Shown here piece after piece: positions 8,962 through 17,337 of a DNA stretch of 64,000 bases. The translations under genes were made by a program, and so were the position numbers. The notes below the pieces were generated by a model. The model ran no database searches. It had not been told where the DNA came from and saw only the letters and a list, made by a program, of their open reading frames with translations. How positions within the stretch are numbered: the stretch's first letter is position 1; each line of letters starts with the position of its first letter. The stretch is from Actinomycetota bacterium (lineage in GTDB: Bacteria; Actinomycetota; UBA4738; HRBIN12), in contig JBBDHX010000010.1 in the NCBI GenBank assembly GCA_040880745.1, positions 93,040 through 157,039 on the forward strand, given 5' to 3'.

Positions 8962-10176
8962 CTAACGCCGGCGCGTCGGCCGCTTGAGGCCGCTCCGCCG
9001 GCCCCCCGGGCTCCCGCTGAACACCACGCGAGGCGGCGACACCTTCATCCCCTCCAGCTCGAATTCCTCGTGCAGGTCCAGGCGCGCAGCCATGCGAGAG
9101 ACATCGCCCTGTTGATCGGGTGTCACCAGCGTGACGCTGGTGCCGAAGCGCCCGGCGCGGGCCGTACGTCCGACGCGGTGCACGTAGCCCTTGTCGTCCA
9201 AGGGCGGGTCGTAGTTCACGACGAGCGTGATGTCATCAAGATCGAGGCCGCGGGCCGCGACGTCTGTCGCCACCAAGATCCCGACGTGCCCGGCGGCGAA
9301 GCGCTTGAGCGAGCGGTCGCGCGCCTCCTGCCGCATGTCGCCGTGCAGGGCGAGCGCGGGGACGTCCTGCCCCTTCAACTGACGGGCCAGGTTGTCCACC
9401 ATGCGCTTGGTGTTGACGAACACGAGGGTGAGCCCGTCCTGGGCCCGGGCCAGCTCGATGAGCCGCGTCAACTTGCCGTGGGCAGGGACCGGGACGAACC
9501 GGTGATCGGCATCATCGACGAGACCATCGTCATCGCCGGCGACCTCGTGGCGGACCGGGTCCTTCGTATAGACCTCGGCGATCCGACCCACCGCGCCATC
9601 GAGCGTGGCGGAGAAGAACATCGTCTGGCGGACCTTGGGGATCTGACGGACGATGCGGTCCACCTGCGGCTGGAAACCCATGTCGAGCATCCGGTCGGCT
9701 TCATCGAGCACGAGGATCCGTACCCCCCCGAGCGAGACCAATCGGCGCTCGGCCAGGTCTTGCAGGCGCCCCGGCGTGGCGATGAGGATATGGGCTTCCT
9801 CGACCCCCTTCGCTTGCTCCTTCACCCCGGTGCCGCCGTAGACCACCTTCGTCTTCAGGCCGCGTGCGCGTGCGATGTCCTTGATGTCCTCGTGCACCTG
9901 CTGAGCGAGCTCTCGGGTGGGAACGAGGACGAGAGCACCGGGTCTGGCGGTGTCGGATGCTTCCAACTGCTCGACGATCGGGATAGCGAAGCCCAGGGTC
10001 TTCCCCGAGCCCGTCTTCGACTTCGCAAGGGTGTCGCGGCCCGCCTTCGCGTCCTCCATCACCATGGCCTGGATGGGGAACGGAGCGATGATGCCGCGCG
10101 CCTCGAGCGCCTCGACGACCGGCTCGGAGACCCCCAGGTCGCGGAAGGTCAGCAGCGTATCGGTCACGTGCACCAA
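8962..10176 (-). CDS. DEAD-box ATP-dependent RNA helicase
   Basis: Motifs seen: Q-motif region FPIQA, motif I SKTGSGKT, motif II VLDEADRM, FSAT, and HRVGRTARAG. The exact start is uncertain because TTG/GTG/GTG codons cluster at 10168-10176. Confidence 0.92.
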   Translation of the reverse strand: MVHVTDTLLTFRDLGVSEPVVEALEARGIIAPFPIQAMVMEDAKAGRDTLAKSKTGSGKTLGFAIPIVEQLEASDTARPGALVLVPTRELAQQVHEDIKDIARARGLKTKVVYGGTGVKEQAKGVEEAHILIATPGRLQDLAERRLVSLGGVRILVLDEADRMLDMGFQPQVDRIVRQIPKVRQTMFFSATLDGAVGRIAEVYTKDPVRHEVAGDDDGLVDDADHRFVPVPAHGKLTRLIELARAQDGLTLVFVNTKRMVDNLARQLKGQDVPALALHGDMRQEARDRSLKRFAAGHVGILVATDVAARGLDLDDITLVVNYDPPLDDKGYVHRVGRTARAGRFGTSVTLVTPDQQGDVSRMAARLDLHEEFELEGMKVSPPRVVFSGSPGGRRSGLKRPTRRR

Positions 10177-10191
10177 GGCTACCGCGTTCGC

Positions 10192-11163
10192 CTACAGCTC
10201 GAACGCCTGATCGAAGGCCCCCACCAGGTAGGTCACGATCAGCAACTGCGCGAGCGCAAGGGATTCGCTGCGCTCATCCGCCTCCCCAGGTTTGCGCACC
10301 ATGCCGATCCGGTCCCACTGGACATGTTCGTCCGGCCGGAGCGACGACCACAAGGCTTCCTCCAGTTCGGCGCCGATCGTAGGCGGGCAGTTGCCATCGA
10401 TGTCGAGCACGCTCATGGGTCCGCGGCGGTCGGTGCGCGCCGACCATCGAACCGGCTCGACGGCACGGGAGCGGAACGACCCGAGCAGCTCACGGAGCGC
10501 AGGGAACGGCAGGGTCGGCCGGACGACGACGCGGGCAGACAGGTGCTCGTCGTCGGCGGCCCCCTCCCGCCTGTGGAACCGGACGATCACGTCGGCGTAG
10601 CGGCGCTGAGGCCGGATGTACGCGGCCGCGTCGGGTTCGCGCCTCCTGAGTTCGGCGACAACGTCCTTCGGCGAGTATCCCCTCTCGAAGACGTCTCGCT
10701 CGAGCTTCCAGCGATGGCGAAGATCCTCCTCGGGTTCGAGGAACACCGCCACGTCGATCTCGTCGCGGACCGCGCGGTCGGCCAACGGGAGGAGCCCCTC
10801 GACGATCACGATCTGGCCCGGCGTGACGGTCTCGTCCGCGCCGAAGGTCCCCGTGTAGTGGTCATATGTCGGCTTCGTGACACGCTCGCCGGACGCCAGG
10901 CAGCGCAGGTCGCGCGCCATACGAGCCATGTCGTTGGCTTCGGGGGCGAGCGGCGTGACGCCCATCTCTGCACGCGCCGCGCGATCGAACCGGTGGTAGT
11001 CATCGGTACACACGCGGGCCACGCGCTCGACCCCCAGGATGAACTCGACGCCGTGCGAGAGCGTGCTCTTACCCGAGGCGCTATCCCCGGCGAGCGCCAA
11101 CAAGAGCGGGCGATGGCCGCTCGCTGCCACCCGAGGCGCGATCGAAGGCGAAGCCTGCTCCAT
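10192..11163 (-). CDS. Phosphoribulokinase-family protein (class II, cyanobacterial/plant/archaeal-like PRK)
   Basis: The track ORF is over-extended; I start at the ATG at 11163 (MEQASPS...). The block LALAGDSASGKSTL ... VCTDDYHRFDRAARAEMGVTPLAPEANDM ... KPTYDHYTGTF ... IVIVEGLLPL follows the class-II PRK pattern as I remember it (GDSGCGKST, CLDDYH.DR, KPIY.H.TG, EGLHP). Confidence 0.8.
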   Translation of the reverse strand: MEQASPSIAPRVAASGHRPLLLALAGDSASGKSTLSHGVEFILGVERVARVCTDDYHRFDRAARAEMGVTPLAPEANDMARMARDLRCLASGERVTKPTYDHYTGTFGADETVTPGQIVIVEGLLPLADRAVRDEIDVAVFLEPEEDLRHRWKLERDVFERGYSPKDVVAELRRREPDAAAYIRPQRRYADVIVRFHRREGAADDEHLSARVVVRPTLPFPALRELLGSFRSRAVEPVRWSARTDRRGPMSVLDIDGNCPPTIGAELEEALWSSLRPDEHVQWDRIGMVRKPGEADERSESLALAQLLIVTYLVGAFDQAFEL

Positions 11164-11262
11164 GGCGGGGCGAGGGTACCGCGAGGCGCGTCGCCGTGGG
11201 AACCGTGGATGGGCACACGCCGCAGGTAGGCTTCCCGCCGTCACGAGGAAGGGACCGGGGAA

Positions 11263-13104
11263 GTGGACGATCGCACGTCGCTCTGGAACGAACTTGCCGC
11301 CCAGATCGCGGTCGACAGCATCCGCGCCACGTCGGCGGCAGGATCGGGGCACCCCACGTCGGCCATGTCGTGCGCTCACCTGCTCGCCGTGTTGTTCGGT
11401 GAGCACCTGCGCAGCGACGTCGCCGACCCCGCCAACCCCGCGAACGACCGATTCATCATGTCGAAGGGCCATGCCGCGCCCGGCCTGTACGCGGCGCTCA
11501 AGATCGTCGGCGCCCTGTCCGATGAGGACCTCCTCTCGCTCCGCAGGGAGGGCTCGCCCATCCAGGGTCACCCCGCGCCCCAGCAAGGGTTCCCGTGGGT
11601 CGATGTCGCGAGCGGCTCCCTCGGGCAGGGGCTCGCGGCCGGCCTGGGGATGGCGCTCGCCATGCGTATGGACGGCGCCCCCGGCCGGGTGTGGGTACTG
11701 ATGGGCGACTCGGAGATGGCCGAGGGCTCCGTGTGGGAGGCCATGGAAGCGGGGGCGTATCACCGCGTAGGCTCACTCACCGCGATCGTTGACATGAACC
11801 GCCTCGGGCAGCGTGGCGCGACGATGCACGGCTGGAACGGCGACGTCTTCCGCGACCGGGCCGAGGCGTTCGGCTGGTCGGCGATCCAGATAGATGGACA
11901 CGACGTCGCCGCGATCGACCGAGCCTTCCATGACGCAGCTGCGGACGATCGACCCACGCTCATCGCCGCCCGCACGGAGAAGGGCCATGGGGTCTCGTTC
12001 CTGGCCGACCAGGACGGCTGGCACGGGAAGCCGGTCCCACCCGACCGGGTGGGCGAGGCGATCGCCGAGCTCGGCGGGATCCGCGACCTGCGCGTGCAGG
12101 CACCGGCGCCACCCGACTGGAAGCCCACGCATCTCGGCGAGTTGCGGGCGGCGCCGGCGCCCGTCTACACGGCGCCGACGGCCACCCGCAAGGCGTTCGG
12201 CGAGACCCTCGCGTGGCTCGCGGGACACAGGCCGGAACTGGTCGTGCTGGACGGCGAGGTCGGCAACTCGACGTATGCGGAGGACTTCGACCACGTGGCG
12301 CCCGAACGGTTCGTGCAGCTGTACATCGCTGAGCAGTGCATGGTCGGTGTGCAAACGGGCCTGCAGGCGCTCGGCAAGACCGCGTGGGCGGCGTCGTTCG
12401 GGGCGTTCCTCACCCGCGCCTACGATCAGGTGCGCATGGGCGTGATCAGCGGTGCCGATCTTCGTCTCTGCGGATCGCACGCCGGCGTCTCGATCGGTGA
12501 GGACGGGCCCTCGCAGATGGCCCTGGAGGACATCGCGTCGTTCCGAGCGCTCCACGGTTCGACCGTGCTCTATCCCGCCGACGCCACCGCGACGGTGAAG
12601 CTGGTCACGGCGATGTGCGACCTGCGGGGGGTGTCGTACCTTCGCACCACGCGCGAAGCCACGGCGGTCGTGTACGGCCCCGATGAGGAGTTCCCGGTGG
12701 GTGGCTCCAAGACCCTGGCCCGCAGCGACGATGACGACGTGGCGCTGATCGGTGCGGGGATCACCTTGCACGGGTGCCTGGCGGCGGCGGCTCGCCTGAG
12801 CGCCGAAGGGGTCACCGCACGGGTCATCGATGCCTACAGCGTCAAGCCGATCGACGGAGCCACCGTGCGGGCGGCTGCGGCGGACACGGGCCTCATCGTC
12901 GTGGTGGAGGACCACCGGGTGGAAGGCGGTCTCGGGGATGCGGTGCTCGATGCACTCGCCGCCTCCGGACCACTCACGGGGAGGGTCTACAAGCTCGCCG
13001 TGCGCGATCTGCCGGGTTCGGCGACGCCCGAGCAACTTCGCGCGTGGGCGGGCATCGATGCCGACGCGATCGTGTCGACGGTCCGTGCCGCGCTGGGTGC
13101 CTGA
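11263..13104 (+). CDS. tkt: Transketolase (single-chain, short about 610-aa type)
   Basis: GTG start. Motifs seen: GSGHPTSAMS, the thiamine-diphosphate motif GDSEMAEGSVWEA, and pyrimidine-binding and C-terminal domains (EQCMVGV..., GSHAGVSIGEDGPSQM). Confidence 0.9.
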   Translation: MDDRTSLWNELAAQIAVDSIRATSAAGSGHPTSAMSCAHLLAVLFGEHLRSDVADPANPANDRFIMSKGHAAPGLYAALKIVGALSDEDLLSLRREGSPIQGHPAPQQGFPWVDVASGSLGQGLAAGLGMALAMRMDGAPGRVWVLMGDSEMAEGSVWEAMEAGAYHRVGSLTAIVDMNRLGQRGATMHGWNGDVFRDRAEAFGWSAIQIDGHDVAAIDRAFHDAAADDRPTLIAARTEKGHGVSFLADQDGWHGKPVPPDRVGEAIAELGGIRDLRVQAPAPPDWKPTHLGELRAAPAPVYTAPTATRKAFGETLAWLAGHRPELVVLDGEVGNSTYAEDFDHVAPERFVQLYIAEQCMVGVQTGLQALGKTAWAASFGAFLTRAYDQVRMGVISGADLRLCGSHAGVSIGEDGPSQMALEDIASFRALHGSTVLYPADATATVKLVTAMCDLRGVSYLRTTREATAVVYGPDEEFPVGGSKTLARSDDDDVALIGAGITLHGCLAAAARLSAEGVTARVIDAYSVKPIDGATVRAAAADTGLIVVVEDHRVEGGLGDAVLDALAASGPLTGRVYKLAVRDLPGSATPEQLRAWAGIDADAIVSTVRAALGA

Positions 13105-13107
13105 GCT

Positions 13108-15375
13108 TCACCCGGCCTGAAGCGCCGCCGCGGCCGGGATGCCTCCGAAGGAGTACGCGATGATCTCTTCGGGCGGAACGGCCTTGGAGAAGTAGAAGCC
13201 CTGGCCGAGCTCGCATCCGCGTTCGCGGAGGAAGGCCAGTTCCTCGGCGGTCTCGATCCCTTCGGCGAGGGTCACCATCCCCAGTCCTTTCGCGAGCGTC
13301 AGGAACGCGCTCACGATGGAGGCCGACTGGGGATCCTCGTGAACGTTGCTCACGAAGGACCGGTCGATCTTCAGGATGCGGACGGGCATGTCGCGCAGCC
13401 GTGAAAGCGAGGAGTACCCCGTCCCGAAGTCGTCGATCGCGATCGCGAACCCCTGGTCGGTCAACTCGGTCAGGATCTTCTGAGCGCGATCGGGATCCAA
13501 CATCGCCGAGGACTCCGTCACCTCGACGATGATCTTCGAGGCATCGACGCCGCTCGAACGGATCTCCCTCACGATCCGTTCGGCGAGGTCGGGCTGCCAG
13601 AACTGGCGGGGAGACAGGTTGAACGCAACCTCCAGATCGATGCCGAGTTCCTTCCAGGCCGTCATCTGATAGGCGAGTTCGCGCACGACCCAGTCGCCGA
13701 TCCGCTCGATGAGACCCAGCTCCTCCGCGAGCGGGATGAACTCCAAGGGCGGCACGACCGTGCCGTCGGGCTCGAACCAGCGGATCAAGGCCTCGACACC
13801 GACCATCCGTCCCGTCGCGAGGTCGACGACCGGCTGGTAGTGAAGCGTCCACCGCTGTGCATCGACGGCCTTGCGGAGCCGTGTGACGAACTGGAGCCGG
13901 ACCTGCGGATCCACCATCGTGTCGCTGGCCAGGACGAAACCGGTCGATCCGCCCTTCTTCGCCTCCCACATCGCGGCCTCGGCGTTGCGCTGCAGCCCGT
14001 TGACGTCCTCCGCATCGCTCGGGAAGAGGCTGATCCCGATGCTCGCAGCGACGTACAGCTCGCTCCCCTCGACCCTGAAGGGCGTGAGGAGCGACTCGTG
14101 GATCCGGCGCGCCACGCCCTCGGCACGGGCGAGCGCGGCGTCGACGGCCGCCTCCTCGCGGTCGAGGTCGGCGAGCAGCAAGCAGAACTGGTCGCCGCCT
14201 CGCCGGGCGACGAGGTCCGTCTCGCGGGTCGCCTCACGCAAGCGATCGGCAACCTGTCGCAGGAGTGCGTCTCCACCCGGGTGGCCGAGCGAATCGTTGA
14301 CCAGCCGGAAGTCGTCGAGGTCCACGAACAGGACCGCGACCGCTCCATCGTGACGTCGTGCACGGGCGATCGACAGCTCCAACGATTCCTCGAACATCGC
14401 ACGCGACGGAAGACCGGTGAGCTCGTCCAGATACTCCCGGGCGGCGACGTTCTCGTCACGGCTGCGGCGCTCGGTCACGTCGAGCATGACCCCGTGTGAG
14501 TAGCGGGGCACACCCTGCTCGTCGCGCACCATGACCGCCTCGTCGTGGAGCAACACGACACGTCCGTCCCTGCGGATGGCTCGATACTCCAGCACGAACG
14601 GCTCTCCGGTCTCGTTGTGCCGGATGTTCTCGGCGATCGCACGGATCCGGTCATCGGGGTGCAAGACCTTGCCCCACAGGTCCTCGTCGTCCATCCACTC
14701 CTGCGGCGAGTAGCCCAGCAGCGCTTGGATCTGATCGCTGATGAAGATGGTGGAGGCGGCGGCGTCCGTCGCATCGACGTAGATGACCGCCGGTCCTCGT
14801 TCCACGATCTCGCGATACAGGTCGGCGCGCAACGCCTCGTCCTCGCGAGCGCGATCGCCGAGGACGCCTGCGCCGACGGCTTGGGCGAGCGAGCACAACA
14901 GGGCGACGTCACCCTCGGGGTCCGCCGATGCCCGCCCGCAGAAGTCGATGCGGACGAACCCCCACCACTCACCCGCGTGGACCGGGACGGTGAGCGCCCA
15001 CGTCACGCCTTCGGCCGCCAGCTCCTCACGCTCGCTCGGTGGCAGCGCGTCCACAGGTCCGGCGATGACGCCGCCCTCACCCAGGACGTCGATCCATCGG
15101 GCGAGCGACGGGAAGTAGGGCTGCGTCTGGGTCGCTCCGAAGGCGAGCATCGACGGAGCGTCCGGCGCGACCCACTCGTGGCGTCGCTGCATCCACAGAC
15201 GGCCGTCGGCTCCCCGCACGTTCTGGAAGAGGAAGCACCGGTCCGCCCCGGCGGCTTCGCCCGCGGCTGCGAGCGCCGCCGGCACCGCAGCCGCCAGCCC
15301 AGACCCCGCGACGTGAGCGAAGGTCCGCCGAACGTCTGCCGAAGTCGCCACCTCATCGTGCGGGGACGCCACCAT
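13108..15375 (-). CDS. GAF-like/PAS/GGDEF(degenerate GGDQF)/EAL c-di-GMP protein, probably a phosphodiesterase
   Basis: I start at the ATG at 15375 (MVASPHDEV...); the track ORF runs on to 15774 across a plus-strand gene. The motif RETD-LVARR-GGDQF has Glu replaced by Gln. The EAL motifs are intact (GVEALIRW, DDFGTGYSS, KIDRSF, EGIE, GQGFYF). It is a paralog of 6730..8955. Confidence 0.88.
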   Translation of the reverse strand: MVASPHDEVATSADVRRTFAHVAGSGLAAAVPAALAAAGEAAGADRCFLFQNVRGADGRLWMQRRHEWVAPDAPSMLAFGATQTQPYFPSLARWIDVLGEGGVIAGPVDALPPSEREELAAEGVTWALTVPVHAGEWWGFVRIDFCGRASADPEGDVALLCSLAQAVGAGVLGDRAREDEALRADLYREIVERGPAVIYVDATDAAASTIFISDQIQALLGYSPQEWMDDEDLWGKVLHPDDRIRAIAENIRHNETGEPFVLEYRAIRRDGRVVLLHDEAVMVRDEQGVPRYSHGVMLDVTERRSRDENVAAREYLDELTGLPSRAMFEESLELSIARARRHDGAVAVLFVDLDDFRLVNDSLGHPGGDALLRQVADRLREATRETDLVARRGGDQFCLLLADLDREEAAVDAALARAEGVARRIHESLLTPFRVEGSELYVAASIGISLFPSDAEDVNGLQRNAEAAMWEAKKGGSTGFVLASDTMVDPQVRLQFVTRLRKAVDAQRWTLHYQPVVDLATGRMVGVEALIRWFEPDGTVVPPLEFIPLAEELGLIERIGDWVVRELAYQMTAWKELGIDLEVAFNLSPRQFWQPDLAERIVREIRSSGVDASKIIVEVTESSAMLDPDRAQKILTELTDQGFAIAIDDFGTGYSSLSRLRDMPVRILKIDRSFVSNVHEDPQSASIVSAFLTLAKGLGMVTLAEGIETAEELAFLRERGCELGQGFYFSKAVPPEEIIAYSFGGIPAAAALQAG

Positions 15376-15456
15376 AGGTTGTAGGCATCGGCAGATCCTC
15401 ACCGCGGCTATAGGCCATGACAGCTGGTCACAGCTGCCTGCTACCCTTTCGCGACG

Positions 15457-15738
15457 ATGCCCGACTACAAGCAGATCCTGCATGAGCGCCTCTACGTCAC
15501 GGTGCCCGGCACCGACACGCTGCGGAAGACCGCCGCGAGCCGCTTGAAACACCTGCTGGCCAACGGATGGCGCGAAACGGAGCGCTCGGCCACCCCCGAC
15601 TACGTGCAGGTCCGTTTCGAGCGAACCGGGGTCGCCCCGATGAAGGCGCGGCTGCCGAAGGCTGCTCCTGAGATCCGTGACACGCGCCCCCGGCGACGCG
15701 ACGGACAGGGTCCGGGCGGTGACCGCGGCCGACGCTAG
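15457..15738 (+). CDS. Small hypothetical protein (93 aa) with a basic C-terminal tail
   Basis: The product is MPDYKQILHERLYVTVPGTDTLRKTAASRLKHLLANGWRETERS... with high G/C at third codon positions. No clear SD. Confidence 0.55.
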   Translation: MPDYKQILHERLYVTVPGTDTLRKTAASRLKHLLANGWRETERSATPDYVQVRFERTGVAPMKARLPKAAPEIRDTRPRRRDGQGPGGDRGRR

Positions 15739-15743
15739 CGCGA

Positions 15744-15758
15744 CCGAAGATCCTTCGG
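15744..15758 (+). terminator. Small hairpin CCGAAG-ATC-CTTCGG after the stop of the 93-aa ORF
   Basis: A 6-bp stem lies 6 nt after the TAG and is followed by TAGATCCCCTTTCC. It is only a weak terminator candidate. Confidence 0.3.
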
Positions 15759-15866
15759 TAGATCCCCTTTCCATCCCCTATCTGTCCGGTTATCATCCCT
15801 GTGCTCCGATGAACATCCGCTCTCGGCATCCGCAGGAGCGGACGCCGCTCCCGATCGGGCCAGGAG

Positions 15867-17330
15867 GTGTTCGCCGACATGACCGCCGAGACCACACCGC
15901 ATCCCACGTCCGAGCGCCCGGGGCACCGCGAGGCCGTCGCCCATGCCGCCGAGCAGCCTTTCGCCTATCCACTTGAGCGGGAGTTCGCCGAGCCCGACTG
16001 GACGCGACTGCCCGGCTATCACGACGTCACCCGGGATCAGTGGGAGTCGGCACAGTGGCAACGCGCCCATTCGGCGAAGAACCTCAAGGAGTTCAAGGCC
16101 GCGCTCGGTGAGCACCTGGACGACGAGCTCCTCGCCGACATCGAGCGCGATCAGGTGGAGCGCGCAACGATGTCCATGCTCCTGCCCCCGCAGATGATCA
16201 ACACGATGCGGGAGGGCGATCTGCGCGCCGATCCGGTTCGTCGCTACATGGCCCCGGCCTTCTCCGAGCGGGAGACCGAGTGGCCCTCACATCCCCTTTC
16301 GAGCCGAGACTCGCTGCATGAAGCCGAGATGTGGGCGGTCGAAGGACTCACGCACCGCTACCCCACGAAGGTCCTCGCTGAGCTGATCCCGACGTGCCCC
16401 CAGTACTGCGGACACTGCACACGGATGGACCTCGTCGGCAACGACACCCTGCAGGTCCTCAAGTACAAGTTCGAGGCGAAGCAGGCCGAGCGCTGGGACT
16501 CGATGCTCGACTACCTTCGCCGCACGCCGCAGGTTCGCGATGTCGTCGTGTCCGGTGGAGACATGGCCAACGTGCCGGTCAAGCGCTTGGAGGAGTTCGT
16601 GATGTCGCTGCTCGACATCGAGAACGTGCGCGACATCCGCATCGCGACCAAGGGCCTCATGGGTATCCCGCAGCACTTCCTGCAAGACGACGTCCGCGCG
16701 GCATTCGACAGGATGGGCGCACGGGCGCGCGAGCGAGGTGTCGACATCGCCGTTCACACGCACGTGAACGCTGCGCAACAGGTCACCCCGCTCGTGCGAG
16801 CTGCTGCGGAGATGGTGCTGGACGCAGGATTCCGTGACGTGCGCAACCAAGGTGTCCTGCTCCGCGGCGTGAACACGACCGTCACCGAACTCCTCGACCT
16901 GTGCTTCACGCTCATGGATCACGGCAAGATCGTCCCCTACTACTTCTACATGTGCGACATGATCCCCAACGCCGAGCACTGGCGGACGTCGCTGGCCGAG
17001 ACGCAAGCCTTGCAGTACGGCCTGCTCGGCTACATGCCCGGGTTCGCCACCCCGCGGATGGTCTGCGACGTGCCGTTCGTCGGCAAGAGGTGGGTCCACA
17101 TGAACCAGGACTACGACCGCGTGCGCGGCGTCTCGACCTGGACGAAGAACTACCGCACCGGGATCGAGTACGACGACCCGGACGCGCTCTCTCGGCGCTA
17201 TCACTACTACGATCCGATCTACACGCTGCCTGAAGACGGTCAGGAGTGGTGGCGCGCGAAGGTGCACGAGGGCCTGGATGCGCTCCTCGCCGAACTCGCG
17301 GACGAGCAGGGCATCGCGGTCGGGTCCTGA
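15867..17330 (+). CDS. kamA: Lysine 2,3-aminomutase (KamA-family radical SAM, PLP-dependent)
   Basis: Motifs seen: the radical-SAM cluster CPQYCGHCTR, THRYPTKVL, VVSGGD, and the YYFYMCD block typical of KamA. The alternative ATG at 15879 has GGAGG 11 nt upstream. Confidence 0.9.
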   Translation: MFADMTAETTPHPTSERPGHREAVAHAAEQPFAYPLEREFAEPDWTRLPGYHDVTRDQWESAQWQRAHSAKNLKEFKAALGEHLDDELLADIERDQVERATMSMLLPPQMINTMREGDLRADPVRRYMAPAFSERETEWPSHPLSSRDSLHEAEMWAVEGLTHRYPTKVLAELIPTCPQYCGHCTRMDLVGNDTLQVLKYKFEAKQAERWDSMLDYLRRTPQVRDVVVSGGDMANVPVKRLEEFVMSLLDIENVRDIRIATKGLMGIPQHFLQDDVRAAFDRMGARARERGVDIAVHTHVNAAQQVTPLVRAAAEMVLDAGFRDVRNQGVLLRGVNTTVTELLDLCFTLMDHGKIVPYYFYMCDMIPNAEHWRTSLAETQALQYGLLGYMPGFATPRMVCDVPFVGKRWVHMNQDYDRVRGVSTWTKNYRTGIEYDDPDALSRRYHYYDPIYTLPEDGQEWWRAKVHEGLDALLAELADEQGIAVGS

Positions 17331-17337
17331 GAGCCGT

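Noticed and set aside
10192-13104. Calling the PRK-transketolase pair a Calvin-cycle (cbb) operon.
   Set aside because: The two genes are divergent rather than co-transcribed. No RuBisCO, FBP/SBPase, aldolase or CbbR gene is in the window. It is reported only as a question in the findings.
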